Shown: positions 24,883-39,300 of the stretch, in pieces
How the letters are laid out: each line of letters begins with the position of its first letter
Numbering within the stretch: position 1 is the first letter of the stretch
Assembly (NCBI RefSeq): GCF_001194135.2
Contig: NC_068984.1
Span: 144,423,821-144,487,820 of the forward strand
DNA: 64,000 nucleotides
From: Octopus bimaculoides
Lineage: Eukaryota
Direction: 5' to 3'
The notes under the pieces: generated by a model
Database searches by the model: none
What the model was told of the DNA's origin: nothing
The model's input: the letters and a program-made list of their open reading frames with translations, nothing else
Position numbers and translations under genes: made by a program

Positions 24883-27800
24883 CATATACACACACATCTA
24901 TATAAACATATATGTACATGTGTGTATATATATGTGGGTGGGTGTGTGTAGCCCCCTTCCTCCACACAAGCACACATGAATTTATGGTACTAAAAGTTAC
25001 AATACTGCAGTAACTTAACACAAGAGCCGTCCCCCGCCCCCTTAAGAACTGTGTTGATCATGTGACAATAAGTTTCAACTGCAATGTGACAATAAGTTTC
25101 AACTGACAACATGAATATTGCAACAGCTGGAGAAGGGGGAAGGAGGCTGGGGGTGACATCGACAATGAACACAGTGTAGTAATATTAGGAGAGGAGAGAC
25201 CATGAAAAGCGTTAAAAAATGGAGAAGCAGGAAGACTTGGGGTAATTGCATCATCGACACAACACGACCATGATTTATAGCTAAATAAATAGTCAAAATG
25301 TTGTGTTAATATTTTAATAGACATGATGCCTCCTTCTGAAGATTGTATGGAATTAGATGCCATCTATGAGAAATATTCAGTCACAGAACAGAGTATAGTG
25401 ATTATGTATATAGAGAGAGTGTACAGTTGTAGACGTAAAGAATATAGTTTTGTATGAGTGTATAGAGGGGATGAGAGAAAACCAGGATGTAGTACTTGAT
25501 TTTAACAGCCTTCACCAGCCAGCCAGCCAGCTATCGTCAACCACACCAAGCTGTTCTCATTGTTTACCAATGTCCTCTCTAGGCTGACACATGTTCAAAT
25601 GGGATTCTTTGTTCTACACTTACCACATCCCACACACTCTTTTGGTGATTTCTTTAAAACAGTAAGAAAGGTGACAGACATTCCACAGCTAGAAAGTAGG
25701 CTGTCACCTGACCTGTTAAAAATTGTAGCTAAACCTCCTCAAAGTAGCAGCCTGTCTTCAATGAAGGACACATTGGATAGTGTAATACTTTATACTTATA
25801 TACAACTTATTTCTGCCAGTTGAGCAGACTGGAGCAACATGAAGTGAAGTGTCTTGCTCAAGGACGCAAAAACATCATCAGGAATCGAACTCCTGACCTT
25901 ACAGTTGTGAGCTGAATGCCCTAACCACTGAGCCACATGCCTTCACCTTGGGGGAGTGGGGGGTTGGGATGGGGAGNNNNNNNNNNNNNNNNNNNNNNNN
26001 NNNNNNNNNNNNNNNNNNNNNNNNNNNNNNNNNNNNNNNNNNNNNNNNNNNNNNNNNNNNNNNNNNNNNNNNNNNNNNNNNNNNNNNNNNNNNNNNNNNN
26101 NNNNNNNNNNNNNNACAGCTGAAATTAGTCAAACACCTCAGTTTTGTGTGTTTAATTATTTATTTACTAATTTTCAAAACACTCTGAAGTCTTCAATCTT
26201 TGATCTGTGCCAAAAGTCACTGACCGACGATCACACACACACAGTCACACACTCTCTCTCCCTCACAATAACAAGAGGTGACTATCAAAAGCCCACCCAC
26301 TCTCAACGCACACTGACAAGAGCTCTTTTGACTCCACCCCACCCCCAGCATATGACAGGTAGTATTTTATCAGCTTCAAATAGAGAGGAAAGACTACTCC
26401 AGCACACCCTGCCAACTTAATAGAATTTTACACCCATTTATTCCCTCCCAAAGATCTTTGATGGAGAAATTGAGCATTTTTTTGTTGTTGCTACAGTTTA
26501 GCCCTAGGTCAGCTCATATCAAGCAAACTAAGAATCAAAAAGTCTATAATTATTCCAGCTGTAAATCATTTCATTGTTTTTATTATTATTTTTTTTTTCA
26601 TGTTAGGCTCAGGGCATTCAAGACCACATTATCTACTGTGTCCCCCTTTTCTAAGATGATAGTATGGGATTTTAGGAAGATCTAGTTGCTATTTCTAGCA
26701 GGTTGCATGGACTTTTAATTAGTCTCCCTCATTGACTTCCTTGTGAAGGTTTATGGTTATTATTACAAGACATGGAACCTGGCACTGCAGGAGACAAACT
26801 GAGGAAGACCTCACTTTGGATATGAATGACCATTGGATTGCACCTAGAGAGTTACCCCCTGAGGCTTGAGTCCAGGCAAGGTTGCTTATGGAAGACCAAC
26901 AGCTGCTTGTGCATACCAGCTTCCACTCTCTCCATACCACTGATGTTATCCGAGGGAAAGGCAAAGGCTGATGCAGCTTGGCACCAGTGACATCACAACT
27001 CATTTCTACGGTGGAGTGAACTGGAGCAATGTGAAAATAAAGTATCTTGCTCAAGAACACAACACATAGCCAGGACCGGGAATCATACTCACTACCTAAC
27101 GACTGTGAGCCCAATGCTCTAACCACTGAGCCATGTGCCTTCACAGAGAGAGAGAGAGATTAAGGCCAGCATAAACAGTACCACTCCTAGTCGCCCACTG
27201 AACGGCCCAATTTCTCAAGTTCCTATCTGTTGAACCACTAGTGTTTTCTACAACATTTCTTCCATGCTCCACCCTCAAACAAAGGTGGTGGAATGCTTGA
27301 ACTGCTAGCATTCCAAATTATGTATATACCTGGGTATATTTAGTTTTATATTCTAATCCTGCTGGCGTGTTGACTTCTCATTCATCCGCCTAAGATTATT
27401 GTCATAAATACTAGCCATATACTGGGTTAATACTATCAACCTTGCAACTCCCCCAGACAAACCTGTGGCCTTCAGCTAATGTTGATGCATTGCGTAGGCC
27501 ATGGGGACAGGTAAATTGTAATGCTTTGGGTAGGGTCCACGCTGTGATGTTCTGGACAAATATCTGGCTGCTATGGAAACAAGTTATAGGGGAGAGATTT
27601 CTGATGCTTTGAGCAAAGCCCAGTCATGAATAGCTGGAATGTTATGAACGAATTTATCCTTGTCACCATTTAACATCCGTTTTTCATGCTGGCATGGGTT
27701 GGATGGTGAGCCAGAGCACTGTACCAAGCCCCGATGCTTCCTTTGGCATCACTTCTATGGTTGGGTGATCTTCTTTTCATAACCACTTTATAGTGTGCAA

Positions 27801-30800
27801 AGGCTTTTTTTTTTTTATGTGGCACAGGCACCAGAAAGGAATTCCAAAGGGATACAGTGACGAGGAGTAAATACTCGGTGAAGTGTTTAATGAGAGATCT
27901 GTAATGTGAGGAAGAGAAATGCATGGGCCAGGTAGAGGGTGCTTTTGTAGCTAGCTAACTGAAAGGGAAGAAAACTTACACCCGTGAGTCTATGGTTGTA
28001 CTGTGTTAATAGCCATCTTAAAGGGGTCTAGGAGATGCTTTGTGGTTGAGTGTGGGAGTACCAGAAACATTGTTCTGAATATGTGTAAGACTCAACTATG
28101 TGAGTAATACCTCAACATGGGTCTCACATGAAAGCTTGATTAGGACTCTGTGTGTGTGTGTGTGTAATGAACTTGTATGAATTGCTCAGGTACACTACAA
28201 TTCAACAGAAAAAGTAGCAGGAGCAGCTGTGTGGTAAGTAGCTTGCTTACCAACCACATGGTTTCAGGTTCAGTCCCACTGCGTGGCACCTTGGGCAAGT
28301 GTCTTCTACTATAGCCTTGGGCCGACCAAAGCCTTGTGAGTGGATTAGGAAGACGGAAACTGAAAGAAGCCCGTCGTATATATGTATATGTATATATATG
28401 TGTGTGTGTGTGTATGTTTGTGTTTGTCCCCCACAACATTACAACCGATGCTGGTGTGTTTATGTCCCCNNNNNNNNNNNNNNNNNNNNNNNNNNNNNNN
28501 NNNNNNNNNNNNNNNNNNNNNNNNNNNNNNNNNNNNNNNNNNNNNNNNNNNNNNNNNNNNNNNNNNNNNNNNNNNNNNNNNNNNNNNNNNNNNNNNNNNN
28601 NNNNNNNNNNNNNNNNNNNNNNNNNNNNNNNNNNNNNNNNNNNNNNNNNNNNNNNNNNNNNNNNNNNNNNNNNNNNNNNNNNNNNNNNNNNNNNNNNNNN
28701 NNNNNNNNNNNNNNNNNNNNNNNNNNNNNNNNNNNNNNNNNNNNNNNNNNNNNNNNNNNNNNNNNNNNNNNNNNNNNNNNNNNNNNNNNNNNNNNNNNNN
28801 NNNNNNNNNNNNNNNNNNNNNNNNNNNNNNNNNNNNNNNNNNNNNNNNNNNNNNNNNNNNNNNNNNNNNNNNNNNNNNNNNNNNNNNNNNNNNNNNNNNN
28901 NNNNNNNNNNNNNNNNNNNNNNNNNNNNNNNNNNNNNNNNNNNNNNNNNNNNNNNNNNNNNNNNNNNNNNNNNNNNNNNNNNNNNNNNNNNNNNNNNNNN
29001 NNNNNNNNNNNNNNNNNNNNNNNNNNNNNNNNNNNNNNNNNNNNNNNNNNNNNNNNNNNNNNNNNNNNNNNNNNNNNNNNNNNNNNNNNNNNNNNNNNNN
29101 NNNNNNNNNNNNNNNNNNNNNNNNNNNNNNNNNNNNNNNNNNNNNNNNNNNNNNNNNNNNNNNNNNNNNNNNNNNNNNNNNNNNNNNNNNNNNNNNNNNN
29201 NNNNNNNNNNNNNNNNNNNNNNNNNNNNNNNNNNNNNNNNNNNNNNNNNNNNNNNNNNNNNNNNNNNNNNNNNNNNNNNNNNNNNNNNNNNNNNNNNNNN
29301 NNNNNNNNNNNNNNNNNNNNNNNNNNNNNNNNNNNNNNNNNNNATTTGTCATTTCCCAAGAACTTAACCTAATTAAAACAAATGAATTAGGAAATAAAAA
29401 ATAAACGAACGAAATGAGTATACACACACACACATACACACACAAGTAGAGTTGTTTGTTTGCTGTATTTGTTTTATTATTTCTTCCAAAATTTTATTTA
29501 TATTTTACTGGGTTGGGTTTTATTTGTGCGCGTGTGTGTGTGTGTAGGAGTAAAAGTTTGTATGTGGGTTGTGGATGGGTTTAGAGAAAGTGTGTGTGTG
29601 TGTGTGTTTTTGTGCAGTTGCATGTGTGAGAATGGTTGGTTTAGAAAAGTCTGGTTGGTTCAGGAGAGATTTGTTGGTGAAAGAGGAATGGTTGGTTTAT
29701 AAAGAACACTTCAAGAGAGAATAATTAGGTTATAGAGAATGGTTTGGTATATAGAGAATGGTAGGTTTGTAAAGAATGTTTTACAAAGAATAACTAGGTG
29801 AAAGAGAGCAGTTGGTTCTAGAGAATGGTTGGTTATACAAAATGGTTGGTTTATCGAAGCTTGGATTGAAATATCTAAACAGCTATTTGATTTATGACTG
29901 TCATTAGAATATTGGCATAATTTTAGAGACAATCACAATTGGTTAATAAATGGCCATGTGTGTCATGCCAGGTACCATAATATCTGTCTGCTATGAGATT
30001 TAGTTTTATCAGATCTGTTACTGCAACTGCAATGACTTTTAGTCCTTAGTTGTACCAATTCTTTTAAAATAATATCAAATTGTACAATTTTCCCTATCAA
30101 TACCTACCTGCATGCGTTCGACGGGATCTGTTGCAGTTCCTGCCTTCTCTAGCAGATATGCATATTCCATATGTTCTGCCATACGTTGCAACAAGCTCAG
30201 AGGTTCGTTAAAGATAACAGGCATCGTCATTTTGGAGAGTTCCTGAAAAACATAAAGGAAAAAAAATGGAAGAGATATGAGAGACTGGATTAAATTTCAC
30301 ATTGATTAATCATGCTTATTTCTTTGCTGCACAGAAATCATCTTAAGAGGTTGGTGATGCCAAAGTGCAATATTCTTCATACACCAGGATATGAAACAAC
30401 TGAAACACCATCACTCTCCGAGGAAGAATGAAGAAGACTTTTCACTAAAGCGGCCGGAACCAGTGACCTTAATATTCTTTGCGTTCACATAGGTGCAGGT
30501 GTGGCCGTGTGGTAAGAAGCTTGCTTCCCAACCACATGGTTCAGGGTTCAGTCCTGTTGCATCCTTGGGCTGATCAAAACCCTGTTAGTGGATTTGGAAC
30601 ACGGAAACTGAAAGAAACCTGTCGCATATATATGTATATATGCGTGTATGTGTCTGTGTTTGCTACCCCCACCTCCACCACCACCACCACCACCACCACC
30701 ACCACCACCACTTGACAACTGATGTTGGTGTGCTTATGTCCCTGCTGTAACTTAGAGGTTCAGCAACGAGACCAATAGGACAAGTACCAGGCTTAAAAAG

Positions 30801-32104
30801 AATAAGTCCAGGGGTCAATTTCTTTGACTAAAAGGCAGTGCTCCAGCATGGCAACAATCAAAATGACTGAAACAAGTAAACCCCCCCCCCAAAAAAAAAA
30901 ACAGATTATAACCCTTCCAGATTTTTCTTGTTTTTTAATAGCAAACCAGTTAACATGAAATTTTCTCTCCCTGATGCCTACATTAAAATGCAAATGAAAC
31001 TTTGTCTGTGATCCAGTGACTGAGTCACTTTTTAAGACATAAAACACCTCAATCATAAAAGCAGACTGTCACCCATTCCAAAACTTGATGGCAAACGAAA
31101 TGACATCCCGTGTGATGCTTTATTCCAGGCCATTGACACCCAGCTCATTCCTGCCAGCCATTTTAAAGACTAGCAAGTTTCTCTTCTGAATTCGGTCGTA
31201 ATTGGCAGGGACAGATGCAGCAGTAGAAACCAAAATCTTAAAAGGAATTGATTTATAATTATTACATAAAAGAAATCATCAGGGGTAAAAGAAAAAGAAA
31301 AAAAAAACCAATTATTGTTGATGTTGTTGTTGGTGGTGGTTGTGGTGGTGGTAGCAAATTCATTAGGATGTTGGAAAAATGCCTTGCAGTATTTGTTCCA
31401 GCTCTTTATTTTTCTCCATTCAACACTGCCTTTCATCCTTTCAGAGTTGATAAAAGTATCATTTAAGTGCTAGGTTCATGATATTGACTAAGCCCTTCCC
31501 CTCAAGACCGCTGTCTCCCACTCTCTCTCTCCTCTTCTCACACTTCCCTCAGGTTGGGTAACCATGTCTCTCCTTTACAGCAGCACACCTGTTTCTGTCC
31601 TCATTCCTGATCCCCCCACCCATCTCTCCGGTCAGGTAACCTTGTACTTCCTCTACAGCCAGACACCTATTTCTGTCTCTCTGTCTCCATTATTATTTTT
31701 ATTATTATTATTTCATTTACGCACAACAGATTAGACTGTTGGAAAAAATTCCTAACATCAGGCTACAACCGTCTTCACTATCTTCATTATCTCAATTTTG
31801 AGATTATACCTGTAAAAAAGGTATAAAAGGAGAAAAGGGTCTTGGAGCCTGGTGTAGCCACCTGGTCCACCAGTCCTCAGTCAAATCATCCAACCCATGC
31901 TAGCATGGAAAGCGGACGTTAAACGACGACGATGATGATTATTATTAATCAGTTAAGTATTTGGGTTGATGTAATCAACCAACCAATTCTCCAGAATCTC
32001 AGGCCTCAAGCTACATCAAAAGCACCATCAGCAGCATAATTATTATTTTAGTATTTATAACTTATTGCACGTTTCCATTACGTATTCAAACATAGCTGTC
32101 ATGG

Positions 32105-32139
<35 letters not shown>

Positions 32140-33281
32140 GAATGCGTGGCTCATCATATTGATTGTACTCCATGTAATAAGCATGTTGCACCTAGTGGTA
32201 CTTCAGTGTTCTTTAATAAATTTCATTTGTGTGCATATGTGCGTGTGTACATACACATACACATAAATGCATTTTCAAACATCTACCAGTATGCGTATAT
32301 CTTACAGGACGAACTGGCAGTGTCCACAACAGTTTCACAAACTTACCCGTCCCTCCGTCTATCTACCTTGTGTGTAGCTCTCAGTCCTGCTCAAGCACAG
32401 TTAAAATCAAAGACATTCTAACCATGGCCATCCTGACATTTTAGGACTTTCTCAAACTACTCGAATGCACCCTTCTTCTTTTAAGATAGTAAGGTGTCAT
32501 CGGTAAGAGATTTAGCAGCTTTATCTAGCAGATCAAGAGAGGGTCTCACTGAGTGTATATCAGCCTTTGCAGTTGTTGTTGTTGTTAATATTGACTTAAA
32601 ATAAACAGTTGTTGTTGCTGCTCCAACATTGATCTGAAATGGATTGCTGCTGCCATTGTTGTTGCTGCCATTGTTGTTGCTGCCATTGTTGTTGCTGTTA
32701 TTGTTGTTGTTGTTGTTGTAGCAGTAACATTGATTAAAAAAATTGATTATCGTTGTTGGTGTCATTCTACTAACTGATCTATATTTTTTTGTCTTACAGA
32801 TGGCAGGGTAGAGGTTAACTGGATCAATGCCAGAGCTGCCTGACTGGCTCTTGTGCCAGTGGCACGTAAAAAAGCACCCACTACACTCTCGGAGTGGTTG
32901 GTGTTAGGAAGGGCATCCAGCTGTAGAAACTTTGCCAGATCAGATTGGAGCCTGGTGCAGCCTTCTGGGTCGCCAACCCTCAGTCAAACCGCTCAACCCA
33001 TGCCAGCATGGAAAGCAGACGTTAAACGATGATGATGACACACACACAGATGGAGATGAGTGGCACGTTTGATAATTGCTGAGAATTATTGGCATGAAAC
33101 CAATGGTAAATTTGTTAACACACAAATAAAGTATATATATATATATATATATATATNNNNNNNNNNNNNNNNNNNNNNNNNNNNNNNNNNNNNNNNNNNN
33201 NNNNNNNNNNNNNNNNNNNNNNNNNNNNNNNNNNNNNNNNNNNNNNNNNNNNNNNNNNNNNNNNNNNNNNNNNATATAAAA

Positions 33282-33319
<38 letters not shown>

Positions 33320-36300
33320 TTTTGTGTATGTATGTTTATGCTCCTGTATTTAATGGCCAATATAAATGTTGGTTGGTTAATTGATTGATTTCTGCAGTCA
33401 AACTTAACATTGTACAGAGAAGCAGAAGAGAGAATAAAAGAGAGATATAGGAGTTAACATAAGAAGTGCAGGATGAGTGCACACACCAGGCTTGGTGGAA
33501 GGCAATGAGTAAAGGAAGTCCCTACACACACACACACACACACACACAGTTAGCTGAGGAGGAGAAACTAACAGAGTAGTTGGTTGAAGCTGTAAAAGGC
33601 TCACATCATCAATCACCATCATTTAATGTCCAGACAGAATTTGTTGAGGTGGTCTTCCAATGGCTGAATGGCTTTCCTCCTGCCAACCCTCACCTGATTC
33701 CAAGTAAGGTAATATTTCTCCATAACTAGAACACGTTTTCAAGGAGGTTTGGAAACGAAGGACACTGCCTATACGACAGTGACACTTGTTTACACCTACC
33801 ATGCAGCGCGTGAGGATAGAGGGAGAGTGGAAGAGCCTGTAGGGAGTAGTGACCATACATAGTGACCTTGTACTACTTCTACAGCAAGGCACCTGTATCT
33901 GTCTCACTATAACCTTTCCATCATCCAACACAAGATCACCTCCTCCAATGCCTCCTCTTATCTTGAAAGTTTTTTTTTTTGTCTAGCAAGTACTTGGTGA
34001 CCGTGTCAGGGCAGGGGCCACTTATAAGCACCCAGTCCACACTGTAAAGTGGTTGGTGTTAGGAAGGGCATCCAGCTGTAAAAACCTTGCCAAAACTGAC
34101 CTTGACTATGTTTGTGCCACGTAAAAAGCACTACTCACTTCACCTGTGCTTGTGTTACACAAAAAGCACCAAGTCCACTCTGCTGAGTGGTTGGGATCAG
34201 GAAGGGCATCCAGCTGTAAAAATCCTGCCAAAACAGTCACAGAAGCCTGGTGCAGGCTTTGGCCTAGCCAGCTCTTGTGAAACTGCCCCACCCATGTTAG
34301 CATGGGAAGCAAACATTAAACGACAATCATGATGATGATGATATATAATTGTTTAACGTCCACACACACACCTAAGTGCACACACATAGATACATATATA
34401 TATTTATACATACACACACGTATATGAACTTAACCTCATTATTATTTTATTTAGGTGGCCTTTTAAGCAAAGTGGCACACATCCATATTGCTATACCAAG
34501 ATTACACACACACACACACACACACACTGACACACATTAACACGAACAACACCTCACCTCATACATAGGCATGTATAAGTACACAGTCTTAATTCTGGTG
34601 CCCTGACAAAAAATTGAACTCACTGTGAGTAGTTTATTCATGAGATTATAGTAATACAAAGAGATTAACACTAAAGAGATTAAGTCTTAAGGAATTAACA
34701 ATCAGATTAGTTCCAAAGGACAATGTGGTGACACTCTCTAACATGGCTATTATCAGGTTAACAATGGGGAACATCCACTATCAATAAAGTGACAGAGTTT
34801 GTGAATCAAAAGGTTAAAGGTTCAAATCAGATCCTTCCCCAGAATTATGTTATCTTTGACAAAGACACTTCATATCAGATGTCCTTGGAAGGGATTGCTG
34901 ACTATAGTCTCTGTTGTTGTTGTTGTTGTTGTAAACAGATACATTGCTGATTAAATCAACGTGTATTACTGGTATTCGTTTCTTTAATTCTGAAGAAACC
35001 AAAGTCTGTTATTTTTAGTCAGTAATGATAGTAAAAATAATAATGGTTTCAAATTTTGGCACAAGGCCAGCAATTTTAGGTGTAGGAATAAATTGATGAC
35101 ATTGACCCCGTTGTTCAAGCAGTACTTTATTTTACTGACCCCAAAAGGGCAAAAGGTAAAGTTGAACTTAGCAATTTGAAATCGGAACTTCAAGAACTAG
35201 AAACTAATGCCACAAAACATCTTTTCCAACATGCTAACAGTTCTGTCAAATAATAATTTTCATTTTTTTTTTAAGGAACCAAAGCCAGTAGTTTTGAGGG
35301 GAGGGTGGCGCGTAAAAAGCACCTACTACACTCTCGGAGTGGTTGGCATTAAGAAGGGCATCCAGCTGTAGAAACATTGCTAGACCAGATTGGAGCCTGG
35401 TGCAGCCTCCTGGCTTGCCAGTCCTCAGTCAAGCCGTCCAACCCATGCCAGCATGCAAAGCAGACATTAAACAACGATGATAATGGAGGGGTTAGCTAAT
35501 TACATCAACTCCAGTGCTTGACAAGTACTTTATTTTATGAAGCCAAGGGGTCGAGCTGGCAGGGTCATGGCTGGGCAAATTGCTGAGCTGTATTTTGTCT
35601 GTCGTTAGATTCTGAGTTGAAGCTCTGCCATGCTTAACTTTACCTTTCATCTTTTCGATAAAGGTAAGTACCATTCGAGCACTGAAGGGTCAATGTAATT
35701 GACTTAATGACTCCTAAGTAACAGTATGAAAGCTGCATCCTTCAGCCAAGCCATGCTGAGCCAGTGTGGATGAGTAGGCTCACCAAACCAGTGTGATCTC
35801 AAGCTCAAATTCAGGGCCTCCCCACCAGACCATGGTTGGTGGAGAGAACATGCTGAGGCCTTTGTCCTGCAGTGGACTGGATGTAGACAATCCAATCCAA
35901 TCCGAGAGGAATGAAAGACAAAGCTGACCTTGGTAGGGACTGAACTCTGAAGCACACACACACACACAAAACAAGGCATTTTGTCTGAAAGTCTAATAAT
36001 TCTGCCAAACCATTTCCTTAGAAAAAAAATTTTTTTATTTTCTGATTGAGGCAAAAGGTCAACAATTTGGTGGGGAGGGGTTAGTCAATTACAGTAACCC
36101 CAGCATATGACTGGTATTTTCTTTCATTGGCCCGGAAAGGATGGAAAATGAAGTTGAACATGGCTGTATTTGAACTCAGAATATTGAAGGCGGAACCAGA
36201 AGAGCAGAGCATGGCATGGAATAATGGACACTTTTGCTTGTTTGAAATTGCTGTTCCAGCCTCCATCACAGCAGCACTAAATATGGAAATTCTTTGACAA

Positions 36301-39300
36301 AGCAAAAGAAGGTGGCATCGACTGAAAATTGAAACTGGATCGCAGAGTCAGTTTGGGTGTGGAATTTATCAACTCCCCCACCACCCCTTCCACCCCACCC
36401 ATCATTGTACCTGCCGGTTTTACTACTGAAATATCAACGTTGGAACTGCATCCGGCAGGCAAACTTTTCTTGAAAATCTCATCTAAACATCATTGCAGAC
36501 AACCCCACCCCATCTCCACTAACAACATTATTATTATTATTATTATTATTCCAACTAGCATCACAGCTACTGCCATCATTCTCACCATCACCATCATCAT
36601 CATCATCATCATGACTATCTCTCCCAAACCATTACTGCTGGCACCCACTGCTACCACTGCTACCACTGCAACTGCCACAACTACCATTAACCCCCATCCA
36701 CCCCCCACCACCACAATAATGATGACTATAACCATCGCAGTCCCCATCATGGACACTATCGTCATCCTGAGCCAACAACGGAATAACTACAGAGTCATTC
36801 AACCTGCTAGAAATACCAACCAAATACCTCTCACATCACACCTGCTGTCTTAGATAACATTAGATAATGTAGTCCTCCTACACACTCTTACAACAAAAAG
36901 ATGAGATGGTCACTTATGGAATACCACCGACCATCGTCTTGAGCCAACAAGGGAGTTACTACAGAGTCACTCAACTTGCTAGAAATAGTAGTCAGATACC
37001 CTCCGTATCGCACCTAATGTCTTAGATAACGAAAGGATACATTAGATAATGTAGTCATCCTACACAGTCTTAATGCAAAAAGACAAGATGGTCACTTATG
37101 GATTGCCTCTGATCACAGCTTTGCTTTATCACAGTTGACTGGAGCGCAACAACCAACACCAATATTCTTTACTCTAGGCACAAGGCCCGAAATGTTTTGG
37201 GGGATAGGGGGCCAGTCAATTAGATCGACACCAGTGGGCAACTGGTACTTAATTTATCGACCCCGAAAGGATGAAAAGCAAAGTCAACCCTGGTGGAATT
37301 TGAACTCAGAACGTAAAGACAGACGAAATACCGCTAAGCATTTCGCCCACCATTACTAACGTTTCTGCCAGCTCCCCCCCCCACCTTAAACAACCCCAAT
37401 ACTCAAACATTATTTATCTACCTTTATTTCATCAAAGTATTCACTTATCCCATCATGTCTTCTTTCATCAGCACTCAATAACCTNNNNNNNNNNNNNNNN
37501 NNNNNNNNNNNNNNNNNNNNNNNNNNNNNNNNNNNNNNNNNNNNNNNNNNNNNNNNNNNNNNNNNNNNNNNNNNNNNNNNNNNNNNNNNNNNNNNNNNNN
37601 NNNNNNNNNNNNNNNNNNNNNNNNNNNNNNNNNNNNNNNNNNNNNNNNNNNNNNNNNNNNNNNNNNNNNNNNNNNNNNNNNNNNNNNNNNNNNNNNNNNN
37701 NNNNNNNNNNNNNNNNNNNNNNNNNNNNNNNNNNNNNNNNNNNNNNNNNNNNNNNNNNNNNNNNNNNNNNNNNNNNNNNNNNNNNNNNNNNNNNNNNNNN
37801 NNNNNNNNNNNNNNNNNNNNNNNNNNNNNNNNNNNNNNNNNNNNNNNNNNNNNNNNNNNNNNNNNNNNNNNNNNNNNNNNNNNNNNNNNNNNNNNNNNNN
37901 NNNNNNNNNNNNNNNNNNNNNNNNNNNNNNNNNNNNNNNNNNNNNNNNNNNNNNNNNNNNNNNNNNNNNNNNNNNNNNNNNNNNNNNNNNNNNNNNNNNN
38001 NNNNNNNNNNNNNNNNNNNNNNNNNNNNNNNNNNNNNNNNNNNNNNNNNNNNNNNNNNNNNNNNNNNNNNNNNNNNNNNNNNNNNNNNNNNNNNNNNNNN
38101 NNNNNNNNNNNNNNNNNNNNNNNNNNNNNNNNNNNNNNNNNNNNNNNNNNNNNNNNNNNNNNNNNNNNNNNNNNNNNNNNNNNNNNNNNNNNNNNNNNNN
38201 NNNNNNNNNNNNNNNNNNNTACATATATACACGTCGCTACAAACTCACCCATGGCTAAATGGCACCTAATCTCACAGATAAATCATAAGTAAACCGATAC
38301 AAACAATTCCATTTATACACACACAACCATATCATACGACACATACTATACTTATCACACACATACACACAGTGACAAATATGTGCACACACACACCCAC
38401 ACACACACACACCCACGCACCGTTTTGCAATCATGAAATTATATTCACAATCGACTTCCAAGAAGTCTCAAGAATGTGATTTTATGAGAAAACAATGTCA
38501 ACCGAGAGAACAAACCAAGTCATGTTCAACTCTTTAGCATTATTCTGTCGAATGCCGGGCGAAATGCTTAGCGGTATTTCGTCTGTCTTTACGTTCTGAG
38601 TTCAAATTCCACTGAGGTCAACTTAGCCTTTTATCCTTCCAGGGTAAATAAATTAAGTACCAGTCGTGTACTGGGGTCAATCTAATTGACTGGCGCCCCT
38701 CCCCCCAAATTTCAGGCCTTCTGCCTAGAGTAAGAGAGATTATTCTGTCGAATGTAATGCTCGTTTATTCACATAGTTTTTAAATACTCATGCATTATCT
38801 TGTAGTTTCAAGATTTTGATGAGGTACCTGTTAAGTTGAGGTGTAGAGTTCATGTTTGGAGTGTCAGTGGGAATACAATTTCACATGTGGTCCTCAGTCA
38901 CATGCTTACACACTTTTGGGATAGTGTGACCCATAGCAGTGATCCATAGTGTGATCTTGCCGCCAATTGTTGACCACTGCAGAGGATTCGCTGACCAAGT
39001 CACTGATGATTATCAGAACACACAGAGCCTGAGATTGAAACAGGTTCTAGAGACAAAATCTAAGGGGTGCCCCATTCCTTGTGGTCTTCCAGCACACTGG
39101 ACAACAATTGGGAATTTCTGAGGGCTTGTGCTTCTTACCTAGTAACATACACTCCACAGAGTCCCTGCTGTCAGATCTCTACTATTGAACCTGGAAGGAA
39201 GACATCAATCTTCTGTAGAATCTAGACAGAAATGCAATTTGGCACCAACCATAAACACCCCTGCAGTCCCATTTTTGTGAGCTGGGTGTAACTAGAGAGA

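Noticed and set aside
28299-29445. Long ORFs of 250-390 aa across N runs (also at 37.4-38.2, 43.5-44.7, 48.2-49.2 and 59.1-60.2 kb)
   Set aside because: They are artefacts of translating N as X; the flanks are microsatellites or SINEs.
36329-36853. Low-complexity ORFs (poly-I/T here, poly-N at 32481-32765, poly-LS at 1438-1854, poly-RE at 10493-10867)
   Set aside because: These are translations of tri- and dinucleotide microsatellites with no domain signal.
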